This document shows, piece after piece, positions 14,557 to 27,164 of a DNA stretch of 64,000 nt (the stretch's first letter is position 1; every line of letters begins with the position of its first letter). The notes under the pieces are model-generated. The model was given only the letters and a program-made list of their open reading frames with translations. It did no database searches and was not told the DNA's origin. Both the position numbers and the translations under genes were made by a program. The DNA comes from Chrysomallon squamiferum (taxonomy: Eukaryota > Animalia > Mollusca), in contig CM022665.1 of assembly GCA_012295275.1 (NCBI GenBank), positions 20,088,001-20,152,000 on the forward strand, read 5' to 3'.

Positions 14557-15954
14557 TATATATATATATACTTTTTTTTTCTCAGTTGTTCAAATGTGTA
14601 CCAGTTCTTCAGCGGTTGGTAAACGTGTGTTCATCGACAGTTCCGCCTCGGAGACCTCCATCACGAAATGCACGTGCTTTCTCCAGACCTCTTCAGATGA
14701 GCTGGAAGTGAACGTAATATATGCTCCTGGTGGGTCAGGCTGTGGGTCTAAGATAGAGTTTCAGGTGACACATACTGTTACGTTCGAGTGTGTGTTGTCC
14801 GGAATTGTGATTAGAAATATCACAAATAACCCGTTTGACGTCGTTTTAACTAAGGAAATGTCATCTGCACCCTCCAGTTACTGCATAGACGTGAAAGCAA
14901 AACGAGGTAAGCATTGTTTTATGTTGCAAAACGTTCGTAACTTACGTCTTTCCTTACATCCAGTTTAAGAGAGCATTTTATTTTAATTTCGAAATGTCCT
15001 TCCAGGCATGAAACTAATTTGCAAATCAAACAAAAACGTTGTCATGGAAACACAAGAGATTTCCACGGAGACTGCTGTCATCCCGCCAGACACGTCAGCA
15101 ACCACGGACACGCCAAATAGCAACACTTCAAGCATATGGGGAAATACAACAAATCAAATTGTCACAGGGGAAACAACTCCGGTGTCCTTTCAGAACAGTA
15201 CAGTTACTACCCCTTTTGACATCTTTTCTACCACAAAGTCTTCTGAGTCAGAGGAGAGCAAATCTGCAGGATTAGACACCACTACTAGTAATATATTATT
15301 TAATAACTACTGATAATTAGCTAAATTAATTATGTAAATATATATTAATTAAACTTGAAGCAATATATTATTTAACAAGTTACATAAAATTTGTAAATAT
15401 ATCTGAATTGAACTACAACCAATATGATATTTAGTAACTACCGATAAACTATGTAAGTGTATCTCAGATGTTCCACAAGTGATATATTATCTAACAGTTA
15501 GCTAAATAAAGTATGAATACGTATCTATTCACATTTCTTGGTCATAAGTATTACTTTAAGCAACCGTTGATATTTCATATATTTTAATTTATAAAATATG
15601 TGTATGCGTTTGTGAGTGTGTCTGTTTGTCTGTGTATGTAAGTACGCGTGAATATGTATCATTTGTCGTTAATTTTATTAACAGTTATGTTGTTGCTTTC
15701 TTTCCAGTTATCATCATAGCTGTTGTTGCTGGCGTCGTTGTGATCGCTGCTGTTGTCCTGTTTGTGGTGTTCTACATCTCAAGAAGGTAAAAGTGGTTGC
15801 TTTGAGAATGATTTCATAATTTTATTGTCCAGCTGATAAACTTTGCAACTTTAATAATTGTGTCATCATCTGTCTCTGCATATTGTTACCAACTGTCTCT
15901 GCTGTCACTACATCTATTACCACTACTATTACTACTGCTACTACCACCACCACC

Positions 15955-15988
<34 letters not shown>

Positions 15989-16076
15989 TTACTACTACTA
16001 CCACCACTACTATTACTACTACTATTACTACTACTACTAGTATTGTTATTGATTTTACTATTACTACTGCTACTAT

Positions 16077-16129
<53 letters not shown>

Positions 16130-17835
16130 GTATTGCTATTGATTTTACGATTACTACTTCAAGCGGTACTACTACTGCTGCTGTTGCTGCTGCTACTCAC
16201 TACTACTAAGACGATACATATTATGTCTGCTACTATTGTTTCTGCTTCTATAGTTGTGAGTTGCATTATATGGATCAAAAAATTATTGTTATTGTTGGCA
16301 TTATTTATTTATTTATTTGTTTGTTTGCTTGTTTGTTTATTATTTATTTAGTACTGTTATTTAGTTGTTGTATTTTTTATTTTAATTTTATTATTCTTAT
16401 TATTTTGCTTTTTACTGTATATAATTTCTATCGTAGATATATTAAGTGTAATAACTCTCTAAGATACTCCATATAGTGGGTTTTACCAATCACATGATCG
16501 GCTAAAGAATCCTAATGTATTTTTCACCACATGTGATTTTTATTATATATGTATCTCTGTGTGTACGTCACAGTAATAAATGTAAGTAGTAATATTAAAA
16601 ACAACTCTATGATGCATAATTTTATTTACCTAGGACGGGGATATGGCCTCAACGTTTTAAGTTTATTAAGAAGACGTAAGTGATTTCTGTTTTCTTGTTT
16701 GGTTTAGGTTATTTTAATAAATGTATTTGTGGTGGTCATAACAAACAGACTTTTACATTATGTACACTTCATTACGATTGTTTAACCTTTATTTATAATA
16801 AAGTTAGTCAGTGTATGACGTCAAGTGACATTTTCGTTAGTCGATGTGTGTGACGTCAAATTTTGCACAAAAATATGTACTATCAAACAACTGATGAAAT
16901 ATCTAATCAACATACATCCAGAAAACAATAATAACGCCGTTATAATGTTATTAACATACTTTATTATTAACAAAGGTTGTGCTCGAGTGACAAAAAAAAA
17001 CCCACTCGTTTTCCAGTGTACATATTGTATGAGGCTGTGATGTTGATGCCACCTCTGGTCACTTTTAACATAATATTTAAAATTTTTAGATTATTATCAA
17101 ATTTTATTTCTTTTATTTAATTGTCTCTGGACGCAGGTGAGTAACTATATTTATATTTTCACACCAACACAATCACATATTTCACTCACCATCAAATAAA
17201 TTGTAATTTTTCTGAAAGCGTGTGAAATGTTTCTGAAAATTAAAGTCATTTGTGTGTCATTCACCTTAAACCTAAACGTATTTTGAAATCAGTTTAATTA
17301 ATATCGTTTTGTCTCCATATTTCATTCCTCACTAAACATTATCTTATTCTACAGTTTAAAACATGTACCAGGTTTAAAATTATTCAACTAACAACCTTTT
17401 ACGTTATGTTACCTCTTTTTAAACATTCTTTATTTTGCGGCTGTCAAGTCAATAATATTATATTTTGAAACTGAACATTATTAGCTGTAACATATGAAAT
17501 AATTATTTTTTAAATGGTATTATACAAACGTCTATTAAAAGTTCACATAAGAAATCGAAATTTAAAAGTAGATTACCTTTCACCATTTGATTAAAATATA
17601 TCACAGTATATTTAAATTTTTGTACAGAAATAAGAAAGGAAAAGATGTCAGGGGACATAACTATGTATATTACAACGAAGGCGACATGGATGAGGAAAAA
17701 GCGACGGAGAAAGATGAAAGAGAAACCACAAATGGAAACATGGCTGAAGGAACGACAAACTCAATGACTCGAGACAACGTCATGCTGGTGTCCGACGGCT
17801 ACGACTTGGACAAACCAGAGAAGACAACAGAGTGA
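11857..17835 (+). CDS. Copy A: complete 7-exon type-I membrane protein (about 344 aa) with signal peptide, six-Cys CUB-like domain, S/T stalk, TM and Tyr-containing tail
   Basis: Exons 11857-11929, 13846-13875, 14586-14906, 15006-15287, 15708-15786, 16634-16675 and 17628-17835, all GT-AG, intron phases 1,1,1,1,2,2. Total 1035 nt with an uninterrupted frame. In-frame alternative ATGs at 11791 and 11881. Confidence 0.85.
14586..14906 (+). CDS. Copy A exon 3: six-Cys ectodomain (VVQMC...CTC...CGS...C...YC)
   Basis: ctcag| acceptor, cgag|gtaagc donor, 321 nt, homologous to exons in C, E and I. Confidence 0.9.
15006..15287 (+). CDS. Copy A exon 4: KLICK motif plus mucin-like S/T stalk
   Basis: ttccag| acceptor; the a|gtaata donor is also present in copies C and E; contains N-glycosylation sequons NTS, NTT and NST. 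Confidence 0.8.
15708..15786 (+). CDS. Copy A exon 5: transmembrane helix IIIIAVVAGVVVIAAVVLFVVFYI-SRR
   Basis: ttccag| acceptor, ag|gtaaaa donor, about 24 hydrophobic residues followed by basic residues. Confidence 0.85.
17628..17835 (+). CDS. Copy A exon 7: cytoplasmic tail with HNYVYYNE and SDGYDL motifs
   Basis: tgtacag| acceptor in phase with the 42-nt exon 6 (16634-16675). The 3' half is conserved in the copy C remnant at about 25340-25437. Confidence 0.8.
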
Positions 17836-18272
17836 AATTAAGAAGATCATTTATTACTTTGTAGATATTAAATATCAGGAAAAAGCAACACAGTTTTCAA
17901 ACCAGATTGACGAATTCGTAGGATGTTTAAGAAAAATGATTGGCTACTGATTGTCAGTTGTGTGCTTATTTTGTAATCATTGTACAAAAGATGAAACCCG
18001 ATGCTACCAGAAATCAGTTTTTTTTTATCAGTAAACAACAAAAGATCGCTAATATGCTATTGATGACTGACATAAAATCCCAGGACTAGTTGGAATGGGA
18101 AATAGGCCAACACGCGGAGTGACTATGTGATCCTCACTCTCTAAACATTGTTTACTTTTAACTGTTTTCGGCTCACATTCTTCAAAAAATATAATCTCAC
18201 GTTCAGCACTATATATATATACACACACACACTCTCTCTCTCTCACACAGACACACACACACACATCCATAT

Positions 18273-18860
18273 ACGGTGATACCTTGACTTACGAGTTTAA
18301 TTCGTTCTGTGACCGAGCTCGTATCTCAATTTGCTGGTATATCAAATCATATTTTTTTTTGTAATGTTTGTAAATAAGAAAAGTGTATTTATAAATGACA
18401 TATATTGTACAAAAACAAAATAAAAGAGAATGTAAAGAAATAAATTGGTTTTGTAAGGTGTATTTATTTTGGCGATCAGACAAATTATTTTAAAGCCTTT
18501 GGCTGGAGTTATAGCCTTATCAACTCCTTCTGCATCAGTATGGTACATATCGTAGAAGTACTACCTAGCCAAGTCGACTACACGCACACCTCACTCATGT
18601 TTTTCTATAAATTCAAGCTTCAATTCAATGGACATCACCCGCTTCTTTTTCTCAGCACTGTCCTTTGCACTCACTTTCTTAGGATCCATGGTCAGAAGAA
18701 AGACAATTGGCAAAATACTGCACAAAACGTGAGCACAACACAACAGAGATACTTCCGCGCTGAAGTAAACTAGTGAGACGCTTGATGCTAACCTGATGTT
18801 GTGTTGTTCGTTGCGCCAACTAGTAGCAGGATATCTGAAACTCGCTCGTAACTCGGATCA
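18273..18860 (-). mobile_element. Tigger/pogo-family DNA transposon remnant with a degenerate N-terminal transposase (CENP-B-type HTH) fragment
   Basis: The minus strand from 18689 reads MDPKKVSAKDSAEKKKRVMSIELKLEFIEKHE*GVRVVDLAR, then after frameshifts STICTILMQKELI and AITPAKGFKII. TIR-like ends: cggtgataccttgacttacgag at about 18274 and ctcgtaactcg at about 18845. Confidence 0.75.
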
Positions 18861-18869
18861 CATTCTGAA

Positions 18870-19160
18870 GTAAACATCATTTCACATTCTAAATAAATAA
18901 ACTAATCACTTATTCTGCAAAACATCATCTCACATTCTGTAAAACATCATCTCACATTCTGTAAAACATCATCTCATATTCTACAAAACATCATCTCACA
19001 TTCTACAAAAAATCATGTCACATTCTGTAAAACATAATTTCTCATTCTACAAAAAAACAACCGAAAAACAACAATCACAGATTCCACAAAACATAAACTG
19101 ACATTTCGCAAAAGAAAGAACATCATCTCCTTTTCTAAAAACACAGAATCTCACATTCTG
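18870..19160 (+). repeat. 22-bp minisatellite (catcatctcacattctgtaaaa)
   Basis: Period 22 is visible. Related arrays lie at about 23690-23835, 24845-25030 (-), 39180-39420 and 45300-45550 (-). Confidence 0.8.
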
Positions 19161-19307
19161 CATAACTTAATCCCATAGTCACTGAAACCATCATGCCGTA
19201 TCTTTGTAGATATAAATGCCCTCCAATATCATTTACATTTTAGGTTTGTGATTTCCATACACTGAAATTAGACTCAAGAGCGAAAATGTACTTTTTCCTT
19301 AAAAAAC

Positions 19308-19417
<110 letters not shown>

Positions 19418-19716
19418 CTAAATTAATAAATAAAAATGAAATAAAAATAAAACACAATGAAACACACAAAAATGATTTATTTTAGACATGTGTGTTTTAC
19501 TTAATAAGGGTGATAATAGACTTAAATAAATCCATTATGATTTGTACCATTTGTCGATCATTTTATAACATTCTTAATTAAATTTTAATTTAATTATATA
19601 TATATATATATAACAAAAAGTACTTGTTAATAGTATTTTAAATTTAAATAGATCCTCCTAATTTTTGTTCTCGGAAAGAAGACAGCAACTTTTTCTTTTG
19701 CTTTAGAAAGTATTTT

Positions 19717-19819
<103 letters not shown>

Positions 19820-19926
19820 GTACTGCTAAACTTTTTTCTACCAACACATTTGAGTTATGTGATATAGTGGTCACGTGCTGAAGCGACGCCTACGAAAACA
19901 GATCAAATAATTCTATGATTTTTGTC

Positions 19927-22153
19927 ATGTTTCGTCTTGATTTTAAAAACCTGTACCTGCTTCTAACCATGCTGTGGGTTACTTGTTGTGTGTCAGCTGG
20001 TAACTATACTAATATGTTATTTTAATACTTTTTAATAAGCTGATAATTATATTTATTTATCAGTACAAAGAGATTATTGTTGTTTTCATATACAGATGTA
20101 TACTTTAAAACAAATCTCTGTGAGCTGGAGAAATCCAGTTCAGCTTAATCCGGATTAGAAACTGTTAACAACCAAACAAATACATACAAAAATAAAAATA
20201 AATAAATAAATAAAAGCCAACCTTAATATGAGAAAAAAAGAGAGGTTTCTAAAATAGAAAAATTGAATTTTGAATACATAATGGCAAAACACAAAGAGAA
20301 TGATACAAGTGCATACTGAAACACACAAACAAAGTAGAGTTCTAAATAAAGAAAATGATGAAATGATCAGGTGTAAAAAAATTCTTATATTGAAACTAAA
20401 CATTGATCTACATTCGTTAAATGTTCATACGTGCATTCAACAATATTTTATTTAACAAACAGTTTAATTTTCATTTTGAAAAAGTGAAACGTTTAACGTT
20501 ACAAATGAAGAGGTTTTTTTCTTTCAGCCTACAGAATTGCTTATCGACAAAAGACATCACTGATTGTACATATGCATATACACTCTCTCTCTTTCACACA
20601 AACACACACACACACACATTTAACATACATACCTAATATATTCTCATTAAAAACAAAACTACAGTATTGTCCACACAAATATTATTAAAAAATAAAATAA
20701 AAAATAAAAAATAATTTAAAAAGGTTTTTTAAAATTTCTCAGACAAACATAATCCAACAAATAAGTCTATATGTGGACAAAACAGAATGTGACGTACACA
20801 TTGTAGACGACATTTATTTCTGTTGTTAAATATTGATCAGTTAATGAAACTATCAGTCTTACATGATTATAAACAAATAATTAAATTGAAATAATACTGT
20901 AGCATATCATTCCTGTATTTCATAAAAAATAAATAAATAAATAAACAAATAAACAAATCAATAACTAAAAAACATTCATAAATAAATAAATAAATTAATT
21001 AATTAACTAATTAAGTAAGTAAGTAATCAGTAATATTTCAGATGGTGTCTATCTGGTTTGTCTCCAGTACTGCTACAACAACGACCACAACAACAATAAC
21101 TACTACTACTACTGCTGCTGCTGTTACTACTACTACTACTACTACTACTACTACCACTACTGCTATAATAGTACTACTACTATTACTTCTACTGTTATTA
21201 CTACCACCACTAGCCCTCTGCTAGTATACTGCAATATGTTAGTTACATTTCAGTTTATAACGTCATTAATATTTATATGCTATCTACTGTACAACAGCAA
21301 CTATTACTATAAAAGCTATTACTAGAACTACAACTATTACTACTACAACTGTTACCGCTACGAATGTTGCTTCTGCTACCAACTTCTAAAATACAACAAA
21401 TGCTCAATCTACCATTACTCTACTACTACGACCTCTGTTTAATACTACTACTACTGATGATTAGGTACTATACGTTCAAATATTAGTGAGTTATTACTGT
21501 TTTGTTAAAATTTTATTCTGCGTCTGGCAGTCTGTATATGTTATCTTTTTCAGTTGTTAAGATGTGTACTAGTTCTTCAGCAGTTGGTACTTGCGTGTTT
21601 GTGGACGTCTCCGCCCCAGCATCCTACATCACGAAATGCACGTGCGTAACTCCAGATATCATCGGTTCAGCTGTTTGTGAAGGTGACCTCGTTGGTCCAC
21701 CACGGTGTTATTTGAGGACAGTCCATCTTCACCGTATAATCACTGCCTTGACATGCGAGCAAAGGCAAGATATATTTTATACGACATTCTCCTCCTCTTC
21801 GTCCTCGTGTTTGCTCAGACTATAACTGAGCAGCTTTCTCATCTTGCAATTAATTTTGTTTGTGTGTGTGTGCGTGTGTGTGTGTGTGCGTTTTAGTGGA
21901 AACTTTACACATACAATCTGCATCTTTAGGCAATCCAAGCTTGACGAAATCTGCTCTGAACATTATTATTTACCTCAGTTCTTTTCTAAAATATAGTCTT
22001 TGCCGTGTTGTTGATCAGCATCTGTCCTGTTTGAGGAAATCAAAAACAAAGCCATAAATTTTAGTTGGTGAAACCAAGTTGTTATGGAATTTTAGATTTA
22101 GTCAGAAACCATAAGCAAAATAAAATCAAATAATAATGATGATGATGATGATG

Positions 22154-22232
<79 letters not shown>

Positions 22233-22976
22233 TTATTATTGTATTAATTTTTTCTAAAAGATGTTAAAAAATTTAATTTTTCTACATCACTCTTCTTTCT
22301 CTGTGTTAGGTATGAAATTTTTGGAAGGGCTACAGAAGCTAAAAGTTTCTTAACTTACGTTTCTCCTCACATATAATTTGATTAAATATTTTATTTTAAT
22401 TTCGAAATGTCTTTCCAGGCCTGGAAGCAACTTGACCATCTACTAGGAATTCGTCCAGTAGTAATTTGTAGAGCATTACAATAATAAAACAGGAAAATAC
22501 AATTACAGGTAGTATATTGTTTAATAACTGCTCATCGTTAGCTAAATAAATTATGTAGATAAATCTGAGTTAGACCAAAGTAATTATATAATTTAATAAC
22601 AAGTGATAATTAGCTAAATGATATATGTAAATATATCTGAATTAAAATACAAATAATATATTTGTTATTAATTACTGATCATTAGCTGAAGAAAGAATGT
22701 AGATACATTTTTTGTCATTGTACAAGTGATATATTATTTTACACATTACTGATTATTACTATGTAGATATATGTGAATTAAACACGACTACACTGTCATT
22801 TAATATATTATTTTGTATTATATAAAATATATCTAAACTGAAAACGACTGCAAGTAATATATTATTTAATAACTACTGATAATGAGCTAAATAAAGTATG
22901 AACACACATTTTTATACATTTATTTCAGTTATCATCGCTGCTGTTACCCTCTTTGTAGTGTTCTACATCCGAAGAC
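19927..22976 (+). pseudogene. Copy B: receptor pseudogene
   Basis: Exon 1 (19927-19999, MFRLDFKNLYLLLTMLWVTCCVSA) is intact. Exon 2 (from 21042) is shortened and lacks a normal donor. Exon 3 (from 21554) has a +1 frameshift at about 21648 and breaks off at about 21690. Exon 4 (from 22419) has TGA at the conserved Cys codon (22433). The TM exon (from 22929) is internally deleted. Confidence 0.85.
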
Positions 22977-23153
22977 GTTGAAAACATTCAGTTTGAGAAC
23001 GTTTTATAACTCTGGTCCAGCTGATAAAATTTGTAACAAACTAATTTTTCTGTCATCATAAGTTTATGTACATTGTTACCAATACAACAATAATCTCAGC
23101 TACTACTACAAATATTACTACTACCACTACTACTACTATTACTACTATTACTG

Positions 23154-23196
<43 letters not shown>

Positions 23197-23898
23197 GTAT
23201 TCTTAAATTACTACTAATAGCTACCGCAACTATTACCACTGCAACAGTTACTATTGGTACTACTACTTCTGCTACTGCTAGTAATATTATTAGTAGTACT
23301 ACTGTGGTTTATAATCACAAGAATGACCTAGTGTACTGTTTCAATTACTGTACTATTACTACACTTGTTACTACTATTGCAACTACTATGCTATTACTAC
23401 ACTTATTACTACTATTACTAGTGCTATTACCAGATCCAATACAAATACTATTATTACTACTACTATTGCTACTACAACTACTGCTACATTCTTGCAACTA
23501 CTTCTAGGGTTGTCGGATATATGTTTCTTTCCTCCTTTGTTTGTTTGTTCTCTGTTTCTTTGTTTAAATTTTGTTTCTATGCTGCTTGGTATTGTTATTT
23601 AGTTTGTGTATTTATTTTCAATGTTTATTTTAATTTTATTTTACTGTACGTAATTTTCATCCAGTTATATTAAGTCTAATAACTCTTACATGCATCACAT
23701 TCTGCAATAAACCATTTAATATTCCCAAACTTCATCATAGTCTGCAAAACATTATTTCACATTCTGCAAGACATAACCTCACATTGTGCAAAACATAATT
23801 CAACATTCTGCAAAACTTTGTCTCACCTTCTGAAAAACATAAATAAATATAATTATCGGCTTATTAAAAAGTATTAAAATAACATATTAGTATAGTTA

Positions 23899-23959
23899 CC
23901 AGCTGACACACAACAAGTAACCCACAGCATGGTTAGAAGCAGGTACAGGTTTTTAAAAC
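23899..23959 (-). pseudogene. Inverted fragment of B-type exon 1 lacking the ATG and core promoter
   Basis: Reverse complement of 19941-19999 joined directly to sequence matching about 19858, i.e. a deletion of about 80 bp. Confidence 0.8.
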
Positions 23960-23999
23960 ATAACTCAAATGTGTTAGTAGAAAAAAGTTTAGCAGTACA

Positions 24000-24235
<236 letters not shown>

Positions 24236-24522
24236 AAAATACTTTCTAAAGCAAAAGAAAAAGTTGCTGTCTTCTTTCCGAGAACAAAAATTAGGAGGAT
24301 CTATTTAAATTTAACAAGTACTTTTTGTTATATATATATATAATTAAATTAAAATTTAATTAAGAATGTTATCATAAAATGATCGACAAATGCTACAAAT
24401 CATAATGGATTTATTTAAGTGTATTATCACCCTTATTAAGTAAAACACACATGTCTAAAATAAATCATTTTTGTGTCTTTCATTGTGTTTTATTTTTATT
24501 TCATTTTTATTTATTTATTTAG

Positions 24523-24593
<71 letters not shown>

Positions 24594-25289
24594 GTTTCTA
24601 AAGGAAAAAGTACATTTTCGCTCTTGAGTCTAATTTCAGTGTATGGAAATCACAGATCTAAAATGTAAATAATATTGGAGGGCATTTATATCTACAAAGA
24701 TACGGCATGATGGTTTCAGTGACTATGGGATTAAGTTATGCAGAATGTGAGATGCTGTGTTTTTAGAAAACGAGATGATGTTCTTTCTTTTGCGAAATGT
24801 TAGTTTATGTTTTGTGGAATCTGTGATTGTTGTTTTTGGGTGTTTTTTTGTAGAATGTGAGATGATGTTTTACAGAATGTGAGATGATATTTTGTAGAAT
24901 ATGAGATGATGTTTTGTAGAATGTGAGATGATGTTTTACAGAATGTGAGATGATATTTGTAGAATGTGAGATGAAGTTTTACAGAACGTGAGATAATGTT
25001 TTGTAGAATGGGAGATAATGTTTTGCAGAATGTCAGGAAAAATAGTTGGATGATTAGAGAGTGAGGATCAGATAATTGTCATTTCTCGTTTTAGCCTTTT
25101 TCTCATTCTAACTAACGCTAGTATTTTCACTCAGTGGTAAGGAGGATATTCATGATTTGTTGTTGTTTATTGATACCAATAACCTCTGTGTATCGTGTTT
25201 CTTCCTGACAAAGCAAGGAAACAGATGACGGTCAATAACCAGTAATCTTACATAAAATTAATATCCACTGTGTTCGTGTTTCGTGCTAC

Positions 25290-25437
25290 TTAATATCTAC
25301 ACAGTAATAAACAGGTCACTGTATTTCTGTTAATTTCGCTTGGTCGTCTTATCCGAGTGTCCAAGACGTAGCCGTCAGACACCAGCATGACGTTGTCTGC
25401 CTTTACTGGGTTCGTCGTTCCTTCGGATACACAATTT
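25290..25437 (-). other. Copy C tail-exon remnant (SEGTTNPVKADNVMLVSDGYVLD), possibly an alternative last exon
   Basis: Clear match to the 3' half of A exon 7, but the NYVYYNE half is missing. An exon-6 remnant at about 26250-26262 has its acceptor AG changed to AT. Confidence 0.7.
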
Positions 25438-26326
25438 CTTAAAGCCAATTCATTTCAGCACTAATACGCGTTTTAAATTGTAGAATAAAACGAAACGGTG
25501 TTTGGTGAGGAACCAAACTTGCAAACAGAACAAAATGAATTAATATTTTTCTAAATATATTTAGCTAATAAGTATTTAGTTTTGTAGATCGAAAGGGAGA
25601 CAAATGGATTAATTACATCAAATTGGATCATATTTTTAAAAATATTTTATATGGATGTTAATATTGTATTGATTGACTAAAACGTTTTAGCAAATTAGTG
25701 TATATGACTATATGATGATATTTTAAGTGTGTGGCTGACCAATAATTATTTCACGTGGATACGTAGAAACATAAATGGACTTACATACTTTTTTCCATTA
25801 AGGTAAAGTAATGTAAGTAAATAAAAAAAATAAAAAAATTATAATAAATAAATAAACAAACAACAACAACAACAACAATAACATTTAATAGCTATATTAC
25901 TCTCTGTTTCCTTGATACAGACTGAGATGTATATAGATTAGCTATTTCATCAGCGTCTTGATAGGGATTCTACGTTTTTGTGCACTATTCTACGTCACAC
26001 ACGTGGAGTAATACAAATTTCACTTAACGTCAGACACTGACAAACTTTATTGTTAATAAAGGTTATTGACACTGATAAAGAAAAAAATTCGTTGTGAAGT
26101 GTATATATTATTAATGTCTGTTTGCCATTTCTACCACCGATACATTTTCTAAAATAAAAAAAATAAAAATAATAATAATAATAAAAAAAAAAAAAAAAAA
26201 TAAAATAAAATAATAATAAAAAAAAAAAAAAAAAAAAAAAAATCTAAAATCATATCCCCGTCATAGGAAAATAAAATCATTTAACATAATCATAAAAACA
26301 TTATTAATTACATGATAATAATAATG

Positions 26327-26382
<56 letters not shown>

Positions 26383-27164
26383 GGTAACGGTAGCAAAGTA
26401 CGGTAGATTTATTTTATCCGATCACGTGACTAGTAAAAAACAATAAATGGAGAATCTCAGATAGTTATTACACTTAATATAATAAGTAGGATGACAATTC
26501 TGAACAGTAAAAAGCAAAATAAATAAAATAAACAAAATACAACAATTAAATAATAGTAACAAATAACAAAGGAACAGAATTTAAACAAAGGGACAAAGGC
26601 GCAAATGGAAAAAAAATTAAATACTGACAACAACAAACATCATTTATTGGTCGATACATATGTCTCCCAAATCTAGAAGTAGCAGCAATAGTAGCAATAG
26701 TAATAGTAATTGTGGTAATAGCAGAAGTAGTAGTAGTAGTACTAGATATGATAACAGTGGTACAAATCTTAGTAATAAGACTAGCAATAGCAGTAGCACT
26801 TGTAGTAATAGTCTACAAGTAATATATTATTTATTAAATACTTTAACACAACAATATGATTATTAGTATTTCTATTCTTGTTTCTATTATTACTGCTACC
26901 ACGACGTAGTAGTACTATAGGCATTAGTAATATGAGTAGTAGGAATGGCAGTTGTGGTAGATGCTATATAGATAGTAGTGGTGGCAGTAATAGTAGAAAT
27001 TGCAGTAGTATTAGTTGTAGTAGAGACAGTTGTAGTGTTGGTAACGTCTACACAGACTGATGAGGACACAAAAATTGTAATTTGGCTAAGTTTATCAGCT
27101 GAACTACATAATTATTATCAGAGATCATCAGTAGGATGACTGATTTTCAAAAAAAGATCTCACT

